32,000 nucleotides of DNA from Candidatus Omnitrophota bacterium (GTDB taxonomy: Bacteria > Omnitrophota > Gorgyraeia > Zapsychrales > JANLHA01), in NCBI GenBank assembly GCA_963662715.1, contig OY759724.1, positions 1,110,001 through 1,142,000 of the forward strand, written 5' to 3'. The translations under genes and the position numbers were made by a program. Shown here in pieces: positions 1 to 12,000 of this stretch. Position 1 is the first letter of the stretch. Each line of letters begins with the position of its first letter. The notes under the pieces are model-generated. The model ran no database searches and was not told the origin of the DNA. It saw only the letters and a program-made list of their open reading frames with translations.

Positions 1-3000
1 CAAAACATACGCCGCGCACCTTAGCGGAAAATTCTTTTCTGAAAGATTTCCCTTCCTCTTCCATAGTCCTGTTAAAGGCACCGGCGACCGCCGCAAATGT
101 ACTCATGTTAGACTCCAGAGGAATGCTCCAGCTGCCGATTTCAAGCCGCCCAAACCTTCTAAATTTTTGATTGCTTTGTTTTGCGCCTCCCTTTACTCTG
201 GGTTCCCCCACCGGCGAACTGGTATTATCTGTTTTACTTAACCTTGCCGCTTCGGGTTGGATAATGCCTAAGGCCACCAGTTTTTCATAAAGGGCCTTTT
301 CCTGAATGCCCAAAGCTTCGGCAAGCTGCCCTCTCGACAGAACTTGATGGTTCGCCTCAATGAACCGCAATTCCTCCTTCTTCCTCTGAATCTCAGCCGT
401 GGTTTTTCCAAGATCAACAGCCAGTTGGGCTTCATCCTCTTCCCTTCGCCTTGAGAGTTCTGCCTCTTCCTGATTCTGCCATTTATGCAGTTCGATATCC
501 TCGTTAATCAATCTTCTCATATATCTGCGGTCGGCTTTATGTTGTCCGCTGTCCTCCCATCCGTATGCGGCATAGATGCCCTCAAGACCTTTCTCAAAAT
601 AAATATCAGCGATCACTCGAAAGCCCTCCAGCATATTCTCGATGATCGCCACCGGCTTCTTAAAATGAACAGCCAGAGCCTTTGCATCCTGGGCTCCATT
701 GGCCACAAACAGACGCCACAACAGTTTTCTTTCTTCCCGGCTCCACCGGGTATATTCAAACCAGGTCAGCCTCATCTTGATTGCACTCGTGTTCCATTCG
801 AGATCACCGGCCAAAGTGGCATTATTCAATTCCGCATAATGGTTTCTGATATAAGCTAATTTTTCGAGCTGCTGCTTGGTTGTTTCAACATCCTTCCTGA
901 TCTGAGCAGCTAACTTTTCTGTCTGCTCGGGCGCGGGCATCTCGCCATACGGCAGACTCTCTTTAATCCACTGAATCAATATTTTCTCCTTGGCAGGGTC
1001 CCATTTTCGCCTTCCCTGAGGACCGGCTTTCCTGACCTGCGGGGCAGGGGCGGCAGCACTATGAGGGAGTTCTCCTTCCTGGACTCCGGCGGTATCTTCT
1101 GGTTCTGATGGCGATAAAGCTTCTGCTTTCGACGGGATATCCGGACAAATTTCTGTAGGAACAATATTATTGAGGACAAGACCGGTGATGTCCAGATAAT
1201 CTTCCCCGTAAAATTCATTGATAGAAGACATCCGGGAAAAGAGAACATATCCGTGCCAATTCACGGACACGACCTGCTGCCGGGACTGATTGAAAATATA
1301 AAACGTCCCTTTCGAGCCGTACCGGTAAAAATATTTATTTGCGGCCTGTTGCCCTTCGGCCTCTCTTTCGTTGATGGTTTCTTTGATCTTCTTTTCGTGT
1401 GCACGTGGATCACGCTGCCTATCAATCTTAAAGTCCCTTTCTCCCCGCAAAACGGCCACGATATCCCGGCTTAACCCCGCGTTAATCTTTCCGGCCCCGA
1501 TCTTATCCGCCGCGCCAAGAACATGAGCGGCAAAACCTTCCTCCGAAAATTCCAGAATACGCATCACGTCACCCAGAGGCCCAACGACAACAACTAAAAA
1601 TCTTTGGCCCTTTTCCAAATAAAAATGTTTATAAAACCGCGTCGCACCGCTTCTGTCCTGATAACGGCTCCCCCGGAAAACTTTCCCTTCCCTTAAAACA
1701 TGGGCAATATTGGAAATCACTTCTTCTTCATTAACAATCCTTCTTGCCTGAATATCTGCCCCGAAATACGTATCCCCGGTTCTGGCATGATTATTCACAA
1801 GCATTTCGCCAACCCGCTGCCATCCAAAAGGCCGTTTCCCGCGGTAAGAGGGGTACCCCTGGAATAAGACACAGACGTCAGGGACAACAACTTCCCTTCC
1901 TCTGTGTCGGAAGATCAGCTCCAAGCCTTGCCTTTCCACAACCGCAAGCGGCAGGAACCATCCGCTCTGAATCTCCCGGGTTAAACCGACCGCCTTTATC
2001 TCGGCTGCAAATTTCTCATAAGCCGCCGCATCACTCGCTTCATGCCTTTCCGTCCCCTTTACCGGTGAACTGGTCGGCTCGACCGGGCTTGATGCCGTTT
2101 TATCATCATAAGGGATCCGCAGTCTTTCCTGAAAAGCAAGCTGGTTCATTGTTCCGCTCCGGACCTGCGAGAGAAAATACTCCAGTTTATATTTACTCAC
2201 ATGCAGAGCTGTTCTGCCGCGGCTTTGCGACAGGAAGGACAGATACAGACGCGCGGCCACGCCCTGAATGATACCAAACTCGTATTCCATAAAATCTTCC
2301 ATAAACGCCTTTGTCAGACCTTTAAACCGGCCCGTCGCTCTTCCGTGCCGTATATATTTCTTCGCCTTAAGCCGATTAAAGACGCTGTGTGCCTCCTCTC
2401 CCAGCAGACTCAAGAAGCTGTCGGCGGAAATCGCCCGCTCATATTTCTTGTGTATGGAGGCAAAACGTCCTTTATGCTCTATAAGAACCTGCATAATGAC
2501 TGTCTTGGCGAACATAGCCGTCAAAATTTTCATAACATCAAAATTCTTAATAACAGGTTCACCCGGTTCTTCTTTACCGAATTTCTCATAATACATCCGG
2601 CCTATTTCTAATTTAACAGCCTCTGCCAGGTGCGATAGATAAATAAACCGGGCGCCTCCCCTCCACGGGACAAGAATGACCGGGATTTTCTGCGATGCAA
2701 ACCTTTGGTAAAGCCGCTTCAATAAAGGCTGATCCGATACAATTTCCATGAGGGAATGTCCGGCAAACGGAGCTTCCCGCATGACGGACATGGCTTCGTC
2801 CAACCGGTTCACCTCCGGATAAGCAGCAAAGATATCCTGCGCTTCTTGTATCTTTTTAATTACGACATGATAGCGTCCCAGGAATTCTTTCATCCTGGCG
2901 AAATCCGAATTGAGCCTTCCCCAGCGGGAGACAATATCCATCAAATCAGCCGTCAGCTGTCTGGCCCACAAGAGATCTTCGTACCACTGAGTCTGCCGCC

Positions 3001-6000
3001 GCTCTAAAACACGTTTTCTAAACCGCTCGATAGCCCCCGGTTTTCTTCGGGCCCGGTCATTTTTGCCGTTGAACAGTTTATTCACGGTTATCTCCTTAAA
3101 GCCATGGCTCTCCGCAACGGCTTTATAAGGCTTCCCTTCCAAAAGCCTTTGTCTGACGAAAGACATGAAGACATCCCTATCCACAGCCGCAGTGATAAAT
3201 TCATGGCCAATCTTCTCCGCGACTGTCATCACCTCCGTCTCCAGTCCCGCCAGCTGCCCGGCGAGCTGCTTCAAGATCCAGTGCGGCTGTTGTTCCACGA
3301 TGTGTCTCATTAAATGCCGGGCTACAGATACTTCCTGCATATCCGTGGCCATGGCCGTCAGGACAAACTGTTCGGGAATAATCCGCAGATGCTTCCTTAA
3401 AGTCGTCCATTTCATTCCCATTTTCTCCGCCAACTGTCTCCGCGTCAGCTTTCTATCATCCTCCAAAGCCTCGACAAGGCGGAGAAAATACCGTTTCTGA
3501 ACATCCCGGCCCTGCCAGTTGTCTCCGACAGCCTGCATAAGTTCAAGAAGGTCGGAGTCCCAGTGATCAATAATAAACGCAAACAGTGTTTCTCTGCGTA
3601 AATCATAAAACCTGTCAATCAAGGCGTCCCGCAACTCTGAAGGAGAGACTTCAAATATTCTCTGATAAAGGCCTTTCATGGCAAAAGCCTTGTCAATCCG
3701 TCCGAGCAAGGCCCGGGTGACCATACTCACGCTGACGCCCTCCTCCCTATGGGCAATAACTTCATCCAGCTCGGCGACCGACACGACAGCCCGCGTGACA
3801 GCTTCATTCAGGATGTTATATTCGAAATCACTGATAATCTTTTCCGTCCTCGCTTTATTTAATTTCAGAATTATTTTCTGCGGGGGATAAGAACGGATGA
3901 CCTCTCTGAGCCAAACACGTTCCGGAGTTAAACGTTCAATTTTCCGAGCCTTGATTTTGACCGTCTGGGCTCCTTCATCCTCTACGGGAGAACTCTGCCT
4001 ATCCGGAGCTTTGGGAGCCCCGCTTGTCTGCATCTCTGATAAGACCCGGGTCATAATGACCTGCCCTATGACCTGACGGAACGGAGTTGGCCGGTACGGC
4101 GCGGCTTCCTGCAGGAGCTGTGCCATATCGCCCTGCCACGGCCGGATCATGTTTGAAAAGGTCAATTCGTCCTTCATCATTTGTTGAGGTTTCATAAGAT
4201 GGTTCTTAGCGTACTCTGACATATAATCCGCCGCCCAATGAGCGTCATTAAAATCACGCTCAAAATCTTCAACCGCATCGGTGTCAATGACGAGATATCC
4301 TCCTGAAACCAAAGGTTCGGTCAGGACCTGGACTGTTTTTTCGCGATCATCATCTTCATCGACTTGAATTTTATCCTCGGCTTTCAGTTTAAAATACCGG
4401 ACCGGCAATATTCTCAAAATAAGCAGGCCGTCACTCTGAATCTTGATATAATTCCCTCTCACGTGCTGATAGGTAAAAAGGTTTCTCAGTTCCGGCATCT
4501 CCTCGCCGTCCTGATTGCGTATCACAGGCTGACCGTCATCCGCAAACTTGACCTTGTATAGAACGTCATTCTCATGGTCCAGCATCGTCAAATCCATTCC
4601 GGAATCCTGGGTGACAAGCATCTCCTCCTGGGTAAGTGAATAAATCACCGGCGTCATACTGTACGGCGCATCCCGGAAAGCCTCCTGAATATTCTTCGGA
4701 ATAAAGGTTGTGACATAATCAATCCTGTCCGCCAGCGTCTTTTCAGCCGCTGAAGACCGGACCGTTTGTTTAATGACCAACGTCATCCGGTCCAACATCT
4801 CTCTCGCCGCCGGACGGCCATGAAAACTTCCGATAGCTTTAACATTACACCCGTCAAATCTGAAGACAGCCAGCTTGCCTTCCCGGGCGTCCCACAAAAG
4901 AACCGTAAACTCATCAGACTGCCGCCCCATCCTGAAAGTAATATCAAAATTCTGGCTCAGAGGATGCTCCCCGCTCAGTCTTTCTGCCGGGGAAAGGGAT
5001 CTGCGGTCGTACGCTAAAAGCATAATATAGTTTATGATTCTCCGCAGGTTGGAATAGCCGGTAAAGACATTGTCCCGTCCTCTGATCATCTCGCTGCGGT
5101 AAATGATTCTCCGCTCGATGATGGTGCGCAAAGTCAGTTCAATACGCGAAGGATCTTCTGCCTCCAATGCCTCTTGATATCTTTCAATAAGATCAAAGAT
5201 CGACTCCTGATATAAAGAACAATAATCGGAAACAGCATCAAAATCATTCAGTTCATAAGCCAAACCGTTCCGGGCAATTCTTTTTATTTCTTTCGCATAA
5301 TACGGGGAATACGTTCTTATTTCGCTCCTCCGTACGGAATTGATGCTTTTCTGCAGCTTTTTGATAATCTGCGCCCGCTTAACAAAGGCGGTTTCGCTGT
5401 CCTGCTCCTCTTCCAAAGAGTCTAATTGAGCGGCGGCGTTTTCAAAATAACTGGCATATCTGAAATGAACAACATTCGCCGTCTGAACAGCCTGCTCATG
5501 CAAACGGTCTGCCATCATGAGAGCTTCCTCTTGCGTTGTCAGGTCCCCTCTGAATACGGTTGACAGGCCTCCGTACATATTGAAGTCTTCCGGAGTGAAA
5601 TTATCCAACAACTCCCTTATCCCCGAACGCTTCTTCACCCCTTCAATCACCTGCGTCCGGAATCCCGGCTTATCATCGATGATATCCTGAATCCATGACT
5701 CCGCATTGTACGACATGTCGGCTTCTTCCTCTTTGTAACGGAAAATAATATAAAACGTCGGGCCCTCGTTAAATACGCTGAAATTCAACCCATCCGTGAT
5801 CAGTCCTTCATCCCTGGCCTTTTTGATCATTCTTATCAAAGAGCCTCTCAATGCCGAGCGGATAACCTTGGCCAAAGCGATTGCGCCTAATTTATGGCCA
5901 ATACCCAGATTTTCTCCTCTTGTATTAAATTGCCGCTTAAAGTCATGCCCTTTTAAGACAGCAAGCTGTACACCCCCATGATGCCCTTTCAGGAACTGAA

Positions 6001-9000
6001 CCAGATGTTCGGCAAATGAAAAACGGCTTGTCATCTCGGGCAGTTCTTGAAAAGCCCCGTTCTGGGTTTTTATAATGTCTAATAAAGACGGGGCAGAAAT
6101 CGGGCTGCTTTGCGTCAGCGACTTTTCATAGCCCTGCAAAATATCGGCAACAGCTATCTGCAGATAATCATAAATCTGAATTCCTCTCTTCATGCGCGTC
6201 CTGATTTGTTCTTCATGCTCTGCTATAGGGTTGTTTTCCGGCCGGCAGATTTCCAGCCATTGAACATAACGCCGATACTCTCCATACGACCCCATGATAA
6301 TCGTGTTCTCAACCTGCGGATGGAACGCATGCGGGGCTCCGAACTGGCTGCTTGTTCCGTCAAGAAAATAAACCGGATCATCATGAGAATAAATCAAGCC
6401 CAAGGTATGGCCCTGAGCCTCCAGCGTTTCGGTAATCCCGTAACCAAAAACTATTTCAATCCTATCCGGCCCCTGGTCGACCGCAAGGCCATATATTTCG
6501 GACAATACTCTTACCAAAATATAGGCCGATAACGGACATAATCCCGCCGGGAAACCCCGCTCTGTCTGCAAGGCAAGAATCTGATGTAATTTTCTCAAAT
6601 GATCATTATGCCGGGCGTTGATCTGGCTCAAGGTGTCGGGTAAAGTCGGTAAATAAACCAGCGGAGAAGAAGCCCCCGGGAGGGCAAGACCCCAAGCAGG
6701 GACAGTCACAATACGGAACGTTTCCGCTTCCGGCAGAAGATGTTCTCCCTCACCCTTTCGGGAATCCCCTGTCCCAAGACGATATCCCGATATTTGAAGC
6801 ACATCCTCTTTTCCTCTATTGTGTCTGTCCCCGCTATTTAATTTTCTTTCAGCCGAAATTCTTTCCGGCATAAGCTGCAGAGAATCATGGCCCTTCTGAA
6901 TTTGAACCGGGCTGGAAGCCACAGGACCGCTTTGATCAGACGACGATCCTGGCTTATCTGTTTCATCGCGCCGTTTTTCATATTCGGAAACAAGATGCCC
7001 CATCTGCCCGGCAAGACGCACAGCGCGTGTATAGGCCCACGGATACCGGTAAGAGCGGTCAACGACCTTTGACAATTTTGCAACCAGTTCCTGAGCGTCC
7101 CGGGCCGGTTGTTTGAACCATAACGACAAAACTTTCTGAGCATCGAGATGGATACGCTTTTGCGTTGTTTTCATAAGCGTCTGTATTAAGACCCGCTTCA
7201 ATGTGTAAATATCCTTATACCTGAACGGCATTGAATAAGGCCGGTCATAATCAATGAGTTTGACATCAAAATTGGACAAGACCATCACATTGTGCAAGTG
7301 AACATCCGTGTGACTCATCCCCCTGGAGTGGAAGTAAGCCAAGGCTTGAACCAGTTTAAATAACACATTCAGAACTGTACCGAAATCCCAGGTGTCGATA
7401 TCTCCATCTTGTATGATGGCCTCAAGGTCTTTTCCTTCTACAAATTCCATGACGACAAACTGCCGGGAAAGACCATCCATGATGACCTGCGCATAATCTA
7501 ATATGCTCATAACATATTTGAACCGGCCTATCTTGTTAATAAGCTGTTGCAGTTTTTTCGGATCAAACCTTTTGCGTGCTTTTGCTTTTTCGAGTTTTAT
7601 GGCGACGAACTCTCCGTCTTCCTTCTCGGCTTTATAAACCCGGGCATTGCCGCCGACAGATAACTTATCCAAGATTCGATATCCCAGAGGCAAAAATGCT
7701 TCCCGGATACTCGCTTTTTCTTTTTGTGTCTCATCCAGGACTAATTGATTGACGCGCTGGTGAATGACGTTAGACGGATGGTGTTTTTCTTCAACATGAT
7801 TAGGGTCTTCAAATGAAGCGATATAGGTCAAGGCCGCCCGTTTCGCTCCGGGTTCAGGGAACTCCACGTCAAACCTGAAAAGCAGATCATCCGAGGAGAA
7901 ATAAACCTCCAGTTCACCCTGTTTATTAATACTGCCGCCGATGAACTCATCCCATCCCGGCATATCATTGATGACCCTGAATTTGATTTTCCGGCCTTGA
8001 TATTCCGGAACGAGCCTATTAAATTCTTCAAGGTCCGTGTACCCCTCCTTCCTGATATACTTCTGCATTGTCGATAATATACGTGCATCCATTGTTCCAA
8101 TAAACGGAGTCCAATGGCCGCCTCTTTTAAACTCATTCCATTGCGTTGCTCCGGGAGCGCTCTTTACCGGAGAGCTCGAGACAACCATCTCGTGCGCAAT
8201 AACAATTTTCGTGCCGTGCTCAACCGGGGTATTCCTTAAAACAACTTCTTTTTCGTTGAGCCAGTCCGTATTCTTGTTCTTTTCGTAATAATAAGCCCGC
8301 GGTTTCTCCGTCACACGATCAACCGTGGTGACAGAAACAGCATCATACTGATCCATAATGACAGGAAGGCCGATGCCAAACATCCCTCCGAAACCAGGAC
8401 TTTCCTCCCATTGCACAGCCTTATGAACCGGCAGATGACGGAAAGTGACTCTGTTCACAAATCCCCGGCCGCGGTCTAAAATCACCGCTGTCAATTTCCA
8501 TCGCCCGGACGGCCCCGTTCCCCAGCGCATGAGAAGCGCTCCGTACCGGCCTCCATGCTGTTCAATATTCTGCACGCCGGCCCTGACACCGGTCAGGATA
8601 TCGCTCATATTCCGGCAGAAGTATGGGTTGTGCGGCATCGCCCTGTCTGCGAACGTCTTAACAAATTCGTACAATTCATAGGCGGTCCCGATTCTGATCA
8701 CCTGATTTAGTCCGGTTGTATCATAATCCGTTCTAAAAACAGCCTGCAGTTGATTCCTGATCTGTTCCGCCTTTTGCGGACTCTTTTTGTTTAAACTTCG
8801 CCATAATTGGAGGATATGATCATTTTCCTCTAGTGTAAAAATCCGGCTTTCCAGCATATCCGCCTGAGATACGGGAGAACTCCCGATATCCTTGTCATCT
8901 GCAAATACGTCCCGGGACATAACTGAAGCATCTTCATCTGAACTTAAGCCCCACTCACCGGAAATTTCATATTCCCGGATAATTTGATTCAAATAATCCA

Positions 9001-12000
9001 AACTGCTTAAGACAACAATGCGCATCTCCTCCTGAGTTAACGCATCCCAATTGTCATGAATGGGATCTCCCTCGGGAATCTGCAAATAGGCGAGAACTTC
9101 TTCTCTGAAAATCGTATCCGTAACCAATTGAACGACTGCGTCCTCCGCTTCAAAGGAACCGGTTAAGGCCATTAAAGATGACCAGGCCTCTTTATCGAGA
9201 AGAATAGTACGGATCAAGAGGATGACAGGTATGACTCTTTCGCGGGACAAGGTCGAATCGTATTCATGGAAGTCCGGGTCGGCGATATGGGCTTCGGATA
9301 TTAAAACAGGCTCTTCGGCTAATTGGTCATCCCCGTAGGGGATTTTTATGATATCGTCCATAAGGGCGTGATTCTGTTTTAACCCGTGCATAAGTTGAGC
9401 TAAAGAGAATATTTTCTCCCATCTGTTCAATTGATCAAAGGCCCTCTGGAAAACCAGCACACTGATTGATTCCAAAACAGCATCTACCGCAAATAAGAAG
9501 CGTTCATTTATCAAAGCAAGCCCGTTCATGTCTCCTTCGGTCAAATCAGCCGCCTCAACCATCTGGCGGTATTTATTGTGAATGACTGTCTCCAGTTCCT
9601 CATAAAATTCCATATACTCCTGAGCCGCAAAGAACAAGCTGTTCGGATTCTGCTGCGCGTCCACCTTCACCGGGACATATTTGACTCCCCCGGACCAAAG
9701 ATCTCTAATAGCAGACAAAGCCTTGTTTATAAAACCCCGGCTAGGATGTTTATGGCTATAATAAACTTTCTCCAATTCCAGCAGTTTCAAAACTTCGGCA
9801 CAATGCTGGCATGTTGTTAAGTTGATAAAGAGTGATCCTCCTCTGAATGGATGCCCTGTCGTAGACAGAAGGGACCGCAGGAGCCGCAAAGCTTCCGGTG
9901 ACTCATCAATTTTCTCCGAGTTGGCCATAAACGCAATGCGGTCCAGCTGATGGATAAGAACGGATCTCTCCTCCAAGGGCCGGGACAGGATACGGTCATG
10001 AAGGACATGAAGAATCAGGTTAATTTCGGCATGGGCATGGCGGCCGATCGTGTTAGTAACAATAATTTCCGGTTCTATGCCCCCGGCAGGGACAAAAGCC
10101 GCGGCAACGCGGGCTAACGGCCATACAGAGGGACGGTCTGCCGCAACCCGAATGACATCCCGCAGAATGTTCTGATTCATCAGTTTCTGCGCCTTGACTT
10201 CTAATTGTTTGTTGACTTGCAGGATACGTTCAGAATCATTATGGATGACTGTTAAAACAGCCCTCAATATCCGGATATCCGAATCTAACATCCGCTTGCT
10301 CTGTTCTACGGCCTGCGTCTCCTCTAAACCTAAATAGCCGTGCAGGTAAATATCATGATAAGCGGCAAACTGCGCATATCCCAGCGGGATGAGCTCACTC
10401 AAAAGCAGGACCTGCATATGAACGGATTGACTGGACTTTTCAAACCAAATGGAAGGTTGGTATAAATGGACGGGTTCTATAATAATTTTCAGGCGTCTTT
10501 CTTCATCAATTTTCGGCAACAGGTTGTCTGACGGCGGAGCGTGTATGCAATGGGCGACAAAGCCCAGGATAGCCGTCAGACGCTCCTGAATAAAATCATA
10601 TATTTCCTCTGATGGATTTTTCTCAATTTTAACCGTACCGTTACGCACAATCATTGTTCCATAATTTACCGGTTGAAAATCCTTGAATTCAACAGGAATG
10701 GCAACAACCTCATCAGGCATACCCTGTCTTTCGCCGGAACGGTCAATCGGGCTGGATTGAATTTTTGTTTCTGCTAAATGAGGGGAAATAACCGGCGAAG
10801 ATTGTCTTAGCGGGCCTTCGGTTGAAAGATCCAGCATCATCTGCCAATAGTCCTTAACCGCTCCTGAGAAATCCTCTTCCTTGGTCGCACTCTTATTAGC
10901 ATAATACGCCGCCAAGACCGTCTTTCTAAAATCTTTTAAGGCTTGAGGGTCTTTTTCCACCTCAGCAATATCAAACCACCTCTGTCCCATCAAATCACGC
11001 GTATTCACATCAAACGCCAATACTCCCGAAAGCGTCACCCGCGTCCCCATTTTCTGCAGTGCTTCCGCCGTTCCTGCTTTTGTTAATATGCTCTCAAATC
11101 TCCTCTGGCTCGTTAACACCGATATCATGTCCTGAGGACTTAACAACGTTAAAGACGTCTCCTGCGGCCCAGCATATTCCTCCAATGCTCTGGCATAAAC
11201 CCCTGTCAGTGTATCGCTCTCTTTTTCCGCTTTCGTAAACGAATTGTGCACATGCGCAAATCCAAGAGAATGATCCGCCTGCTGGTTCTTTAACGCTGTC
11301 TTTAAATTGAACGCCGCTGTCGGATACACAAACCGAGGACTCGAGAAGGTCTCGATCCCCAGCTCCCCATCCAAATACAGGTTGTCTGTCATCCCGTTGA
11401 TCTGCCCGTTTTCTATTGAAAACTGCCCTGCCACCTTCTGCGCCTTGATCGTTTCGATGACTTTCTGCTCTAACTCTTCATTGCTGATGCTGTCTCTTTC
11501 CCGGCCCGGGAACATTTCATGCAGCTTCTCGGCAGAGAAGAACCGCGCCATGGAAATATCCTGCGCCAGGACAATATCTTTCCCTGATAAGAAGAACCGG
11601 TTGCCGTCATCCTGCTCCACTTCCGAGATGATCGGATGTGACGCGATTTCCAGGCCAAACTGATACGTGCCGCCACCGTTGACTTTCCGCATGGCCGGCA
11701 ATGCCCGGGTCCACCCGTAAATATTCTTGTCTAAATCTCTCACATCATTCACACCCAAGCTCTTGGGAACCAGAATATGGGAGAATGTTCCGCCCGGGTC
11801 TATGGCAATCAAATAAACGCCAAATTCTATAGGCTGGCTAAACTTCCGGACATCTTCCTGGAACACTGTCTCAATCTCGCTCAAAGGATATCTGAATTTC
11901 GTTCTCTGCGGAGAAACCGCTGACCCGTTCTCCCTTGGTTTTCTCCCGAATAAACTGATGGGCGAAGATGCGGCCTCTGCCGAGAGGTCCATCCGGGAAA

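Noticed and set aside
1500-1950. Possible small toxin/nuclease-like fold (VISNIAHVLREGKVF...RFYKHFYLEKGQRFLVVVVGPLGDVMRILEF).
   Set aside because: This is only a vague resemblance to small alpha/beta toxin domains. No catalytic motif could be identified by eye.
4560-5080. GGDEF/nucleotidyl-cyclase-like beginning (RDNVFTGYSNLRRI ... LAVFRFDGCNVKAIGSFHGRPAAREML).
   Set aside because: The expected GG[DE]EF signature is absent; the nearest candidate is YSLTQEEMLV. The spacing is about twice the canonical value. This is too weak to call without a profile search.
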